Below are positions 30,002 through 41,900 of a stretch of DNA of 64,000 nucleotides, piece by piece; the stretch's first letter is position 1, and each line of letters starts with the position of its first letter. The DNA is taken from contig CAVPPK010000006.1 of the NCBI GenBank assembly GCA_963707385.1, positions 262,676 through 326,675 of the forward strand, read 5' to 3'. The notes under the pieces were generated by a model. The model was not told the origin of the DNA. It did no database searches and saw only the letters and a program-made list of their open reading frames with translations. Source of the DNA: an uncultured bacterium. Its GTDB lineage: Bacteria; Actinomycetota; Actinomycetes; S36-B12. The position numbers and the translations under genes are program-made.

Positions 30002-31033
30002 CTACGCCGAGCGGCGGGCGGCCTTCTTGGCCGCGGGCGCTTCCTGCTCCGCGGCCGTCGTGCGCTTGGTCGTCGTCTTGGTCGCCTTCGCCGTGCCCTT
30101 GCCGGTCGCCTTCGCCGCAGGAGCAGCCGGCTTCGCCGCCGTGCCTCGCGGAGCGCGGGCGGGCTTCGCGACGGCAGCGGTCGTCTCCTTGACGGCGCGC
30201 GGCTTGCGCGCGGCCTTCGCCGGGGCCTCCTTGGACTCGGTGGACTCACGCGCCTCCTGGGTGCGGCGCACCGACTCGCGCAGGGCGGTCATCAGGTCGA
30301 GCACGATGCCGTCCCCCTCGGCAGCGGCGACGTCGGCCGACGGCTCGAGGACGGCACCGCCGCTGAGCTTGTGGTCGATGACGTCGAGCAGGGCCTCGCG
30401 GTAGTCATCGCGGTAGTCCGTCGGCTCGAAGTCTGCCGACAGGCTCTCGATGAAGGACGCCGCCATCGCCAGCTCCTGCGGCCGCACGTCGGTGTCGCCG
30501 GCCAGCACGTCGAACTGCGCCGGGCGCACCTCGTCGGGCCAGAGCATCGTCTGCAGGACGAGCACGTCGTCGCGTACGCGCAGGGCGGCCAGCTGCGTCT
30601 TGGTGCGCAGGACCACGCGGACGATGGCGGTGCGCTCCGTCTGCGACAGCGCCTCGCGCAGCAGTACGTACGGCTTGAGCGCCCGCGCCTCCGGCTCGAG
30701 GTAGTAGCTGCGATCGAACAGCATGGGATCGACCTGGTCGCTCGGCACGAACTCGAGCACCGAGATCTCCTTGACGCCGGGCACCGGCAGGCCCTCGAAG
30801 TCCGCGTCCTCCATGATCACGACGCGACCGGTCTCGGTCTCGTACGCCTTGGACAGGTCCTTCATCTCGAGTCGCTCGCCGTCCACAGAGCACGTTCGAA
30901 CCATCTTCACGCGACCGCCGTCGACGGCGTGCACCTGATGGAACCGGACGTCGTGGTCCTCGGTGGCGGCGTACAACTTGATGGGCACGTTGACCAGTCC
31001 GAAAGCCACTGAGCCAGTCCACATAGCGCGCAT
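30002..31033 (-). CDS. ku: Non-homologous end joining protein Ku
   Basis: MRAMWTGSVAFGLVNVPIKLYAAT, YYLEP, KPYVLLREAL, DLMTALRES, basic Lys/Ala-rich tail. Confidence 0.95.
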   Translation of the reverse strand: MRAMWTGSVAFGLVNVPIKLYAATEDHDVRFHQVHAVDGGRVKMVRTCSVDGERLEMKDLSKAYETETGRVVIMEDADFEGLPVPGVKEISVLEFVPSDQVDPMLFDRSYYLEPEARALKPYVLLREALSQTERTAIVRVVLRTKTQLAALRVRDDVLVLQTMLWPDEVRPAQFDVLAGDTDVRPQELAMAASFIESLSADFEPTDYRDDYREALLDVIDHKLSGGAVLEPSADVAAAEGDGIVLDLMTALRESVRRTQEARESTESKEAPAKAARKPRAVKETTAAVAKPARAPRGTAAKPAAPAAKATGKGTAKATKTTTKRTTAAEQEAPAAKKAARRSA

Positions 31034-31106
31034 GAGTCCTCCATGTCGGCGGGGAAGTCGACCCTCGTACATGGTCCGGGGGCCGCGACTGGTCCATGAT
31101 GACCCT

Positions 31107-32045
31107 GTGCGGCCCATGCTGGCTAGCCCTGGAACCCTTCCAATTGCTGGAGACGGAGGGGAGTGGGCCTATGAGGTCAAGTGGGACGGCATGCGCGCGC
31201 TCGCTCAGATCGTGAGGGGACACGTGCGGCTGTCGAGCCGTTCGGAGATGGACGTGACGGCTCGGTTCCGCGAGATCGCCGAGTCGCCCGCCCTTGTCGG
31301 GCTGGGCGAAGGCACGGTCCTGGACGGCGAGATCGTCGCCTTCGACGCGGACGGACGTCCGTCGTTCAGCCTTCTCGCACCGCGCATCCAGGGGCACCGA
31401 GCGAACGCGGTGAGCGTCAGCTACGTCGTGTTCGACATCCTGCGCAGCGGTCCTCGCGACCTGCTCCGCGAGGCGTATGACACGAGGCGCGCGAGCCTGG
31501 GCGAGACCGTGCAGGACGGCCCCTTCGTGGTCGTGCCCGACGCCTTCGCCGACGGGCCGGCGCTGCTCGCGACCACGCAGGCACAGGGACTCGAGGGCGT
31601 GGTGGCCAAGCGCATCAGGTCGACGTACCAGCCGGGAGTGCGCAGCCCCGACTGGGTGAAGGTGCCGCACCGCAGGCGCCACTCGTTCGTCATCGGCGGG
31701 TGGAAGCACGGCACGTCGCACGGACATCCAGTGGCGTCCCTGCTCGTGGGAACGCCGACCGCGGACGGACTGCTGGTGTTCGACGGTGCCGTCGGCTCGG
31801 GACTGGGAGACGCGGAGGTCCGCGCCCTGGCACCCGTCATGCGCGAGATCCGGCGGGACGAGCGTCCGTTCCACTGGGCGGTCGGGCTGCCCGCCGAGGA
31901 CGAGGTGACGTGGGTCGAGCCGCTCCTCGTCGTCGACGTCGAGCACCTGGGTCGCACTGGGGGCGGTCTGCTGCGTTCGCCCGCCGTCATCCGGCTGCGA
32001 CCGGACGCGTCGTATGAGTCGGTATGGCGAGAGGGTGGCGGCTGA
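31107..32045 (+). CDS. ligD: ATP-dependent DNA ligase (LigD ligase module)
   Basis: YEVKWDGMR, VLDGEIV, VVFDIL, EGVVAK, WVKV, LRSP; leaderless GTG after CATGAT (start uncertain). Confidence 0.88.
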   Translation: MRPMLASPGTLPIAGDGGEWAYEVKWDGMRALAQIVRGHVRLSSRSEMDVTARFREIAESPALVGLGEGTVLDGEIVAFDADGRPSFSLLAPRIQGHRANAVSVSYVVFDILRSGPRDLLREAYDTRRASLGETVQDGPFVVVPDAFADGPALLATTQAQGLEGVVAKRIRSTYQPGVRSPDWVKVPHRRRHSFVIGGWKHGTSHGHPVASLLVGTPTADGLLVFDGAVGSGLGDAEVRALAPVMREIRRDERPFHWAVGLPAEDEVTWVEPLLVVDVEHLGRTGGGLLRSPAVIRLRPDASYESVWREGGG

Positions 32046-32982
32046 TGGCGAAGGGCGGCGCGGACGCGACAGTGGAGGTGGACGGTCACGAGATCCGGCT
32101 GACCAACCTGGACAAGGTGCTGTATCCCGCGACCGGCACCACGAAGGCCGAGGTCATCGCGTACTACACGCAGGTGGCCGAAGCCCTGCTCCCGCTCGCG
32201 ACGGAACCGGCCCGTGACGCGCAAGCGGTGGCCCAACGGCGTCGAGCAGTCGTCGTTCTTCGAGAAGAACCTGCCGGCCGGGACGCCGGACTGGGTCTCC
32301 CGCGTCACGATCCACCACATGGGCGCGCGCTCGGGCCGCGGCGAGCGTGACCTCGACTACCCGCTGGTCGACGACACCGCCACGCTGGTGTGGCTGGCGC
32401 AGGGCGGCGCCCTGGAGCTGCACGTCCCGCAGTGGCGCATCGACCCCGCGTCAGGCGCGCCGGCGGAGCCCGACCGCCTGGTCATCGACCTCGACCCGGG
32501 CCCGCCGGCCGGGCTGGACGCCTGCTGCGAGGTGGCGCTGGTGGCGCGGCAGATGCTGCAGTCGCAGGGCCTCGACCTGCATCCGGTGACCAGCGGCTCG
32601 AAGGGGATGCAGCTCTACGCGACCCTGCCTCCGACCACCGAGCGCGGCGTCGAGGTGCTCGATCGGGCCGGGAGCGTGGCGGAGTACGCCTACGCGCTGG
32701 CGCAGGCGCTCGAGCGCACCCTTCCGGACCTCGTGGTGAGCCAGATGTCGCGTGCGCTGCGCCCGGGCCGCGTCTTCGTCGACTGGAGTCAGAACAACCC
32801 GGCGAAGACCACGATCGTGCCGTGGTCGCTGCGGGGCCTGTCCTCGCCGACCGCGGCGGTGCCCGTGCCGTGGACCGACGTCGAGCGCGGGGGCCTGCGG
32901 CAGGCGACGCTGCGAGGAGGCGGCGGAGCTCGTCGCCAGCCGCGGGCCGCTGCTGGCCGCGCTGGCCGGGCCGGCTGGGTGA
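32045..32982 (+). CDS. ligD: LigD primase-polymerase module, frameshifts near 32210 and 32915
   Basis: LTNLDKVLYP, KRWPNG..FFEKN, VIDLDPG, TSGSKGMQ, VFVDWSQN. Confidence 0.88.
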
Positions 32983-33090
32983 TGTTCCCGAGCACCCAAG
33001 GAGTCGGAGCGCGGTTCAGCGGACACTAGCGGCGCTCCTTCGTGTGTGCTTGTATGACGCAGGCCGAGAGGATGGCGAGGGGATCCGGGC

Positions 33091-34039
33091 GTGCGCAACG
33101 TGTTCTCCATCCGCGCCTCGGCGCTGAGCCCGACAGCGCGGTACCGCGTTCTTGCTGCGTTGACTGCTCTGGGGGCGGCCCAGTGCGCCGCGTTCGCGGT
33201 GTGGCCGCCCGACCCGGGGATGCCGTCCGACGCCCTCTTCGCAGCCGCAGCGCTGCTCGCCGTGGCGGCCCTGGGGGTGTGGCTGGTCCTGCCTCGCGGC
33301 AGTCGCTGGCTGCTCGACGTCTGGGTCGCGATCCTGACGACCGGGATCTGCGCCGCCGCGTACTACGGCGCGTCCGCATCGGACCAGCTGGCGGCCGCGC
33401 TGGCGCTGGCCCTGCTCGCGGCGTACTGCGCCTACTTCCTCCCGCTGGGCCGGATGCTGTTCCAGGTCACCTGGATGATCGTGCCTGTTCGTCGCGCTCA
33501 CCATCGCCTCGCCGCAGCTGTCCTCCCCGCTGTACACGGCCATCGTCGTCGTGACCCTGGTCGCGCTGGTGTGGATGGTGTCCCACCTCGCGTCCCTGCT
33601 GGCCGCCGCGGCCGTGCGGGACCCGCTGACGGGGATCCTGAATCGTCGGGGACTCGTCGAGGCAGCCGAGCTCGTCCGCGCGGTCATCCTGCGAGCCGAG
33701 CGGCACATCACCGTCGTGGCGATCGACCTGAACAACTTCAAGGGCTACAACGACAAGAACGGCCACCTCGCCGGAGACCGTCTTCTGGTCGACCTCGCCC
33801 GTGCCTGGCAGGGCGTGCTCCGGTCCGCGGACATCCTGGCCCGCGTGGGAGGCGACGAGTTCATCATCGTCCTTCCGGACACCGACGCCGCTTCGGCCCA
33901 CTCCATGCTGGCGCGCCTGCACGAGGCGAGCCCGTCACGATGGTCCGCTGGTGTCGTCGACTGGCCCCCCGGGGAGTCCTTCGCCGCCATCCTCGGCAAG
34001 GCCGACCAGGCCCTCTACCTCGCCAAGACGAAGCGGTAG
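33091..34039 (+). CDS. Membrane-bound GGDEF diguanylate cyclase, frameshift near 33490
   Basis: N-terminal TM segments; DPLTGILNRR, DLNNFKGYND..GH.AGD, ARVGGDEF, ADQALYLAK. Confidence 0.88.
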
Positions 34040-34068
34040 CGACGTCGTCCGACTGCGCACGCCCGTCA

Positions 34069-34875
34069 TCAGGGAGTGGGAGTTGGCGTGGCGCAGGGTC
34101 GCGTCACGGCGGTGACCCCCGCGGTGTCGCCCGGGCCGAGCACGGTCCGGTCCGTGACGATGTCGTACATGATGTTGCCCTCGTCGGGGGAATGGCCCAG
34201 TCCGAGGATGTGACCGATCTCGTGCGCGAACAGGTGGATCAGTTCGGCCTTCGACTGGGCGTTGATGTACTCCGCCTCGAAGACCGCCTCACCCGTGACG
34301 AACTGCTGCGTCTCGGCCCGGACGAGGATCGGGGTACCGAGACCGACGACCCCGCCGTCGAGGCGAGGTGCCTGCACCTCCTTCTCGGCGGACAGGTAGA
34401 TGTGGTTCTCCTTCAGCGGTCCGTTGACGGGCACGAGTGTCCGGGTCGCCGGGTCGAGGCGCAGCTCCTCGCTCCCGACCGACACGAACGTGCAGCCCCG
34501 ACGCGGCCGTCCACAGCGCGGCCACCTTCTTCAGGGCCGATCGCACTCGGTCCGCCGCGGCCGGCTTGAGGTGGGTGGTGTCGGCGGACACCGTCACGGG
34601 GCCCGCGCAGCGCGACCACCCGTATCCCCGCAGCGGTCCGTTCGGGTCGAGGTAGGTCCAGCCCGAGCCACCGCCGCCGAGACGTCGCCCCGGAGCCCTC
34701 CTTGGCTGCCTGCGCCGACGGAGCCAGGGCGCGATGGCTGAGCCGGCGTCGAAGGAGCCGGCTCGCTGATCGCTGGTTGTCCCGTGGGAACCGCCGACGG
34801 CGCCGACGAGCAGGCCGACAGGCCCAGCACCAGCAGCAGGGCTCCGGGGGCGCTCGCAGCCGCTGGGCGACGCAT
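34069..34875 (-). CDS. Matrixin (M10-like) zinc metalloprotease lipoprotein, frameshifted
   Basis: Lipobox LSAC in ORF 34594..34983; HEIGHILGLGH plus Met-turn (NIMY) in ORF 34069..34485. Confidence 0.78.
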
Positions 34876-35084
34876 CCACCCTGTCCGCGGCACGTCGCCT
34901 CCCGACATCGCCCCGATTGCGTCCAAGAGTGGCACGCGATTCCGCTTGCCGTGAAGGGGAGCGCGGGGTCCAGTTGGCCACATGGTTCGGTCTCACTTTG
35001 GCGAAGACCCGCCGTGGCGGGTTTCCCATTGGAGTCAAGTGGGGTAGAAGTGGAGTAGTCGCCCCGATGCTCGGAAGGATGACC

Positions 35085-35591
35085 ATGACCCTCCGCCGTA
35101 CCCTCGCAGCCGCCGCCGCCGGACTTTTCGCCGTCGCCGGACTCGCAGCCTGCAGCTCCACGTCCACGTCCAGCACCGACGTCGCTGAACTCGAGGCCCG
35201 CGTCACGACCCTGGAGAGCCAGGTCGCGGGCCTGGAGGCGATCGTCGGCGAGGCGATCATCGCGGACCCCGCCGCGCAGATAGCCGATCTCGAGTCGCGG
35301 ATCCAGGGGCTGCAGCAGGAGCTCAACGACTCGCAGGCCCAGGCCGCCGATGCGGCCGACGCCGTCGCGGCCGAGGCCGATGCCGCGCGGGCCGCGGTGG
35401 ACGACGCGCAGGCGGCGGTCGAGAACGCCGTTGCCAACCTCGATGCTGCCGCCGATGTCCGTGACGAGGCCATCGCCGACGCGCAGGCCAGGGTCGACGA
35501 GGCCAGGGTCGCGCTCGACGCGCTGAAGGCGAAGATCGCCGAGATCATCGGGGCGAGCGGCTCGCCGGCGGCCAGCCCCAGCGCCCAGTAG
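35085..35591 (+). CDS. Putative lipoprotein with Ala/Asp-rich coiled coil
   Basis: Signal peptide with LAAC lipobox, then heptad-like repeats. Confidence 0.7.
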   Translation: MTLRRTLAAAAAGLFAVAGLAACSSTSTSSTDVAELEARVTTLESQVAGLEAIVGEAIIADPAAQIADLESRIQGLQQELNDSQAQAADAADAVAAEADAARAAVDDAQAAVENAVANLDAAADVRDEAIADAQARVDEARVALDALKAKIAEIIGASGSPAASPSAQ

Positions 35592-35617
35592 TCGCTCATG
35601 GAGTCCGGGGGCAGCCG

Positions 35618-35923
35618 ATGACGGTCGATGACGGCCCTGTCGTCGAGTACGGGCACCGCGTGCATCCCGTCCTGCACGTCCTGACGCCGGTGGCCACGAT
35701 CGCCACCGTCTGGGCCGCACGGGAGGTCATCACGCGCACCTACGTGCGCGCCACCGGCCGGGAGGCACCGGTCCCCAGCGACCCCCGGACCTCGTGGAAG
35801 CGCGCGATCGCCTGGACCGTGATCACCACCTCCACCGCGGCGGTGATCGAGGTGTCACTGCGACGGCTGGCCCACGAGCGCCAGGTGGTCAGGGTCCTGC
35901 GGCGCGGATCGGCTCAGTCCTAG
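35618..35923 (+). CDS. DUF4235-like small membrane protein
   Basis: ATGREAP..DP.TSWKRAIAW pattern. Confidence 0.6.
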   Translation: MTVDDGPVVEYGHRVHPVLHVLTPVATIATVWAAREVITRTYVRATGREAPVPSDPRTSWKRAIAWTVITTSTAAVIEVSLRRLAHERQVVRVLRRGSAQS

Positions 35924-36333
35924 GCGGCTGGAGCCGCGATGTTGACCATCCAGGCGACGCCGAACCGGTCGCTGCACATGCCGAATGTGTCGCCCCACAT
36001 CTGCGGCTCGAGTGGCATGGTGACGGTCCCACCGTCGACGAGGCCCTCCCAGTAGCCGCGCAGCTCGGTCTCGTCTTCGCCGCTGAGGCTGATCGTGATG
36101 GCGCTGCCCGAGGAGAACTCCATCCCGGGTGGCGCATCCGAGGCCATCAGCGTGAAGCCGCTGGGCGTCTCGAGCGTCGCATGCATGACGAGGTTCTCGA
36201 CGGGCGTGCCCTCCTGCCCGTACTCCCCGAAGGTGTTGATGTGCAGCTCGCCGCCGAAGACGTCCCGATAGAAGGTCATGGCCTCCCGGGCGTTGTCGAC
36301 GAACGAGATGTACGGGTTCATGCGGCTGCTCAT
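35920..36333 (-). CDS. VOC family protein (PhnB-like)
   Basis: NPYISF..AREAMTFY..VMHA.L..LMASD..WGDTFGMCSDRFGVAWMVN. Confidence 0.9.
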   Translation of the reverse strand: MSSRMNPYISFVDNAREAMTFYRDVFGGELHINTFGEYGQEGTPVENLVMHATLETPSGFTLMASDAPPGMEFSSGSAITISLSGEDETELRGYWEGLVDGGTVTMPLEPQMWGDTFGMCSDRFGVAWMVNIAAPAA

Positions 36334-38819
36334 TGCTGGTCCTCTCCTGCAGTGGGGTTGGGCGACGTGATCAGCGTCCGGTCGTCGACGGTGTCGATGT
36401 CGTCGATCTCCGAGGCCCCCGCCTCGATGTCGTCCTCGGACTCCACGCTCACGTGCGGCAGCAGCCGGTCGAGCCAGCCGGGCAGCCACCAGTTGCGCGG
36501 ACCGAGGACCGTCATGAGCGCGGGGACGAGGATCAGCCGGACGACGAAGGCATCGAGCAGGACGGCAGACGACAACGAGACGGCGAAGAGCTTGACCGTC
36601 TGGTCGTTGCCGAGGACGAAGGCGGCGAAGACGCTCGTCATGATCAGGGCGGCGATCGCGACGACGCGACCCGAGCCTGCGAGGCCGCGGCGGATGGCCT
36701 TGTGGTTGTCGTGCGAGTGCATCCACTCCTCGTGCATGCGGCTGACGAGGAACACCTGGTAGTCGCACGACAGGCCGAACAGGATCGCGAAGACCATGAT
36801 CGGCAGGAACGGGAAGATCGGGCCGGTGTTCTGCAGGTTGATCGCGCCGGCGAACCAGCCGAACTGGAAGACCGCCACCGTGATGCCCAGCGCCGCGGCG
36901 AGCGACAGCAGGCTGAACAGCACGCCCATCAGCGGCACGAGGATCGACCGGAACAGGAAGAGCAGCGCGATGAAGCCCAGGCCCACGACGATGAGCAGGA
37001 ACCACGGGAGCGCGTCGCTGAGGACCTTCGTGAAGTCGACCGTCACGGCCTGGAAGCCGCCCACGAACGCCTCGCCGCCGGTGGCCGCGAGCGTCTGCGG
37101 GATCACCGTCTCGCGCAGGTGGAAGAGCAGGTCGGTGGTCGCCTCGTCCTGCGGGGCCGTGGTGGGGAAGACCTGGATGACGCCGACCTGCGCGTCTGGC
37201 GCGACGGGCGCCGCGGCGGCCAGGGCGACGCCGGGGTCCGCGTTGAGCGCCTCCGACAGGGCCCCCACGGCAGCCTGGTCGCCCGCGCTGGGGAGCTGCA
37301 CCGCGATGTACATCGGTCCGTTGACCCCCGGGCCGAATCCCTCCGCGGTCAGGTCGTAGGCGATCCGTGCCGGACTGCCCTGCGGGGCCCCCGAGTCATC
37401 CGAGAAGCCCTGTCGCAGCTGCAGCACGGGCCCGGCGAAGATCAGCATGATGATGAGGGCCGTGATGGCAAGCGGCCACGGGTGTCGCTGGAGCCATTCG
37501 CCGTAGCGCGCGAACGCGCTCGGCTCGTGGATGCTGGGCGCCTTGCCGCGGCGCACGAGTCGGCGCCACAGCCAGCCGATGATCGTCACGGGCAGGAAGA
37601 TGATCCAGCCGAGGTAGCGCAGGATGAGTCCGAGGACGTGCACCACTCCGGTGAACCGGGGCTTGGGGATCGCCTCCTCGTCGGTGACCCAGGCCATGCG
37701 CCCGACGAACGACCAGCTGCCGAGCAGGGACAGCACGGAGGGCAGCAGGAGGAGGGCACCCAGCATGACCATGAACACCGTGATGGCCGCGGACACGGCG
37801 ATCCCGTTGAAGAACTCGATGCGCATCACGAACAGGCCCAGCAGCGCGATGATCACCGTGAGAGCCGCGAACTGCACCGCTCGACCCGAGGTGCGCACGG
37901 ACTCGAGGGCAGCGGCGCGGGGATCGCGGCCGTGCCTCATCGCCTCGCGGTATCTGTTGATGACGAACAGCGAGTAGTCGATGCCGACGCCCAGGCCGAT
38001 CATCGAGGCCAGGAACGGGGCGAAGGTCGCAACCGAGAAGAAGTTCGCCACGATCGGCAGGACCAGTGCCGTGGAGACGGACACCGACACGGCCGCTGAC
38101 ACGATCGGCAGGAAGGCACCGAGGATCGATCCGAAGGTGAACAGCAGGATGAACAGCGCGACGCCGACGCCGATGCTCTCGGAGGACGGCGGCTCGCCCT
38201 GCACGAAGCCGAAGATGCCGTTGGCACCGACGGTCAGCCCGTCCTCGCCGTTCTGTGCCTTGACCACGGCGAGGGCGTCCGCCACCTGCTCCGTCGGCAG
38301 GTCGCTGAAGGACTCACCGGCGAACAGCACGGTCGCGTAGGCCACCGTGCCGTCGGGGCTCACCCCCGCCTGACCGAAGTGCGACATGGGCCCGAGGGCC
38401 TCCGGCGGCAGCTCGGGCTGCTCGCCGCCGCCCGCACCGCCGCCCGCGGGTGCCTGCGCCTCCGGGCAGCCGGCCCCCAGCGGCTCGCCCAGTGGTGAGA
38501 TGACGCACGTGATCCCGGGCAGCGTCGAGAGATCAGCGAGGACTGCGCCCATCGCTGCCGCCGGCCCCGCGTCGACAGCGGAGCCGGAGTCGGCTCGCCA
38601 GACGATCTGACCCTCGAGGCCCGAGCCCGTTCCCGCGCCGCCCGACAGGTCGCTCAGCAGGTCCTGCGCGGTCGTGGACTCGGAGTCGGGCAGGTTGAAG
38701 TTGTCGTTGTAGTCGCCCTTGAGCTGGCTGTACATGACACCGATGATGACGATCAGCAGCAGCCACGACGCGAGGCCGAGCCACGGATGTCGGACTGCCC
38801 ATTGCGAGATTCGAGTCAT
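36330..38819 (-). CDS. MMPL family (RND) transporter
   Basis: IGLGVGIDYSLFVINRYRE, GRAVQFAALTV, GFGPGVNGP, FGLSCDYQVFLVSRMHE, NWWLPGWLDR. Confidence 0.93.
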   Translation of the reverse strand: MTRISQWAVRHPWLGLASWLLLIVIIGVMYSQLKGDYNDNFNLPDSESTTAQDLLSDLSGGAGTGSGLEGQIVWRADSGSAVDAGPAAAMGAVLADLSTLPGITCVISPLGEPLGAGCPEAQAPAGGGAGGGEQPELPPEALGPMSHFGQAGVSPDGTVAYATVLFAGESFSDLPTEQVADALAVVKAQNGEDGLTVGANGIFGFVQGEPPSSESIGVGVALFILLFTFGSILGAFLPIVSAAVSVSVSTALVLPIVANFFSVATFAPFLASMIGLGVGIDYSLFVINRYREAMRHGRDPRAAALESVRTSGRAVQFAALTVIIALLGLFVMRIEFFNGIAVSAAITVFMVMLGALLLLPSVLSLLGSWSFVGRMAWVTDEEAIPKPRFTGVVHVLGLILRYLGWIIFLPVTIIGWLWRRLVRRGKAPSIHEPSAFARYGEWLQRHPWPLAITALIIMLIFAGPVLQLRQGFSDDSGAPQGSPARIAYDLTAEGFGPGVNGPMYIAVQLPSAGDQAAVGALSEALNADPGVALAAAAPVAPDAQVGVIQVFPTTAPQDEATTDLLFHLRETVIPQTLAATGGEAFVGGFQAVTVDFTKVLSDALPWFLLIVVGLGFIALLFLFRSILVPLMGVLFSLLSLAAALGITVAVFQFGWFAGAINLQNTGPIFPFLPIMVFAILFGLSCDYQVFLVSRMHEEWMHSHDNHKAIRRGLAGSGRVVAIAALIMTSVFAAFVLGNDQTVKLFAVSLSSAVLLDAFVVRLILVPALMTVLGPRNWWLPGWLDRLLPHVSVESEDDIEAGASEIDDIDTVDDRTLITSPNPTAGEDQQ

Positions 38820-38957
38820 GGGGGTCGCTCTCGTATGCGCGGCTCTCGTCGCGACTTGCGGCGACCGTACCAACGCATGTGAGCGTTAAACAAGGGTCGC
38901 CTAGGCTGCGATCGTGAACCACGCGTCCGTCCCCGAGCACGGCCTCGAGGCGCTTCG

Positions 38958-41900
38958 GTGGTGACCTTCCTCGGCCTGGTCATGCGCGGGCTCCGATGGC
39001 GCTGGGTGAGCTCGGTGGCGGTGGCACTGGTGGCCGTCGTCGCCATGGTCGGTGCGGTCCTCGGACCGCTGTACGCGAGCAGCGCTGCTGACTCCCTGGT
39101 TCGCGAGGGCATGTCGGAGGCCGCACCCTCGTCGACCGGCGTGCTGCTGCGCGCGCAGCGTGCGGGTCAGACCCAGTTCACTCCCGCTGACCTGCTCGAC
39201 GCGGTCACGGAACGGGCAGCCGACCCCTCGCTGGATCAGTGGTACGAGCCGGGAACGCTCGGGATGACGGTGGCCAGCGGAGCGCCCAGGCGCGGGAACA
39301 ACCAGCTCGGCCTTGCCCTGATCGGCTGGCATCGCGGACAGTGCGATGCCGTCGACATCACGTCCGGCGTGTGCCCCTCCGGGGTGGGCGAGGCGATGGT
39401 CTCCGCCAGGATGGCTGACCAGTTCGACATCGAGCTGGGGGAGACCCTGCGGCTCGGGATCAGCCCGGACCTGGGCGAGCGACCAGGCCGTGGTGGTCGG
39501 CACCTACGACGCGAACACGGCGGACCCGAAGGTGTGGGGCGCGGTCTCGCCCGCGCAGTTCCTGCCCTCGCAGGCCCCGGACGGTCCCGACCGTCTCGAC
39601 GAGGTTGTCGTGGACGACGAGACGTTCCTCGGCTTCAGCGGCGATCTCGCGGCAACGAGCTTCCGGGCGCTCGACGCGACGACCGTCCACGCGTCCGGGG
39701 TCCCTGACCTCCGCGAGGCCGTGGAGGCGGCGACCGTGACCACCGCTTCGTCGGGTGGCTCCACGCCGAAGGTGCTCGTCACCAGCGGGTTGCCGGCGTT
39801 CCTCGATGCGCTCGACCCCGACCTCGCCGACGTCGCCGCAGCTGCGTTCGCGGTCACCGCGGCACTCGTGCTCCTCGCGTGGTTCGCGCTGTTCCTCGTC
39901 GTCTCCGCCACGAGTGAGGAGCGGTCCGGGGAGGTGGCGCTCGCCAAGCTGCGCGGCATGGGCGCTCGCTCGACGTTCCTGTTCGGCCTCGCTGAGCCGC
40001 TCGTCCTCATCCTCGTCGCGGTCCCGGTCGGGCTCGCCCTGGGCTACGCCGTCAACGCGTTCATCACCGGCATCGCCATGACCCCGGGCACGGACACCGC
40101 TATCACCGAATCCGCCCTGCTCGCACTTGCGGTCGGCTTCCTCGGTGGCGTGGTCGCCGCCACACTGGCCTCCCGCCGCATCCTCACCGCGCCCGTCATC
40201 GAGCAGCTGCGTCGCACGGGTGGCCGCCGAGCGCGGCTTGCGCGGTCCGTAGCAGTGGATGCCTTCGCGATCGCACTCCTGGCCGCGGGCATCTACCAGC
40301 TGCGGCGCGGCGGCACCGATGTCCTCGCTCTGCTCACCCCGTCCCTCATCGCGCTGACGATGGGTCTCCTCGCGGTGCGGGTCCTGCCCCGACTGGCTCG
40401 CGTGGAGGTCGCACGGACGCGCGGGTCGCGTCGCGTCGCCGGATTCGTCGCGTCATCCAACATCGCCCGCCGGCCGGCTGGCCTCCGCACGGTCGTCCTG
40501 CTCTCACTCGCGGTGGGCCTCACGGTGTTCGCCGTGGACGGCTGGGCAGTGGCCTCGGCGAACCGGGACACCGTCGCCCCCGCTGAGATCGGCGGGTGGG
40601 AGGTTCTCCACGTGCGCTCGTACTCACCGGGTTCCCTGCTGACGGCCGTGCGTGCCGCGGACCCCAGCGGTACGCAGGCGCTGGCCGCCGTCTCCAGCAC
40701 GGATGGGACCCGGGGTGGCCTGATCGCGGTCGATGCGTCACGGCTCGGCGCCGTCGCGGCCTGGGATGCGGCGTGGACGGGCAGCTCCCGCGACGAGATC
40801 GGCTCGCTGCTCCACCCGCCGCAGGTGGCTGAGCCGATTCCGCTCGAGGACGAGCTCTCGATCGACCTCGAGTACGCGCCGGCGGCCGGATCGGGCGCGG
40901 TGAATCTCGCCGTGGCGGTACGGGATGCGGGTGGGCTCCCGCACACGGTGGGCCTCGGCGAGCTCCGACCCGGGACATCGACGTACCGCGCGGACCTGAC
41001 CAGGTGCGTCGATGCTCCGTGCACGCTCGAGGCCTTCATCGTCACCCCGTCGCCGCTCGCGTCCACGGCGGCAGGCACCGTCACGATCTCGGGCGCGCAG
41101 GATTCCGGCGGCGACGTCGACCTGACGTCGGCAGGGTCCGCCGGGTGGCGCAGCGGCGCCACCTCGCTCCTTGTCCGTATCCCGCCCGTGGCCGACGTCT
41201 CCGTCGAGGAGCCAGGACGACTCGTGACGTCCTTCGACGTCGAGGGCGCCAGTGCGGCCGTCGAGGTGGCGGACCACCCCACGGAGCTTCCCGTCTTCCG
41301 CGGCAGCGACGCGGTGGTGAGCGAAGGGGTGGATACCGGCCCGAAGGTCACCATCCTCGACGGGCACGCCGTCCCCGCCCAGGTCCTCGGGTCAGGCGTG
41401 CTCCCGCGCAAGCTGCGGACGGGGGCGCTGGCCGACCTCCCGTTCGCGCTCGAGGCGATGGGCAGTGCGCCGACGCTGCTCGACTACCAGGTCTGGCTGT
41501 CCCCCGATGCCCCTCCGTCGATTCGCGCGGAACTCGAGGCAGGTGGATTCGAGGTGCTCGACGTCGACTCCGTCGAGGAGCGACTCACCGAGCTCGCCCA
41601 GGGCAGTGCCGCACTGGCGTTGCGGCTGTTCCTGATCGCCGCAGTGGTCGCGCTCCTGATCGCGGCCGGCACCGTGCTCGCCGGCACCTACATCAGCGCA
41701 CGTCGCCGGGCCTACGAGCTCGCGGCGATGCGCTCGCTCGGCGCGCACCACCGAGTTCTCGTCCGCTCGGGACGACTCGAGCAGCTCGCGCTCGCCGTCA
41801 CCGGAGTCGCGCTCGGTGCGGTGGCGGGCCTGCTGGGCGCGGCCCTCACCCTGCCCAACCTGCTGGCGTCCGCCTCCGTCGACAACCCGACGCCGTGGTT

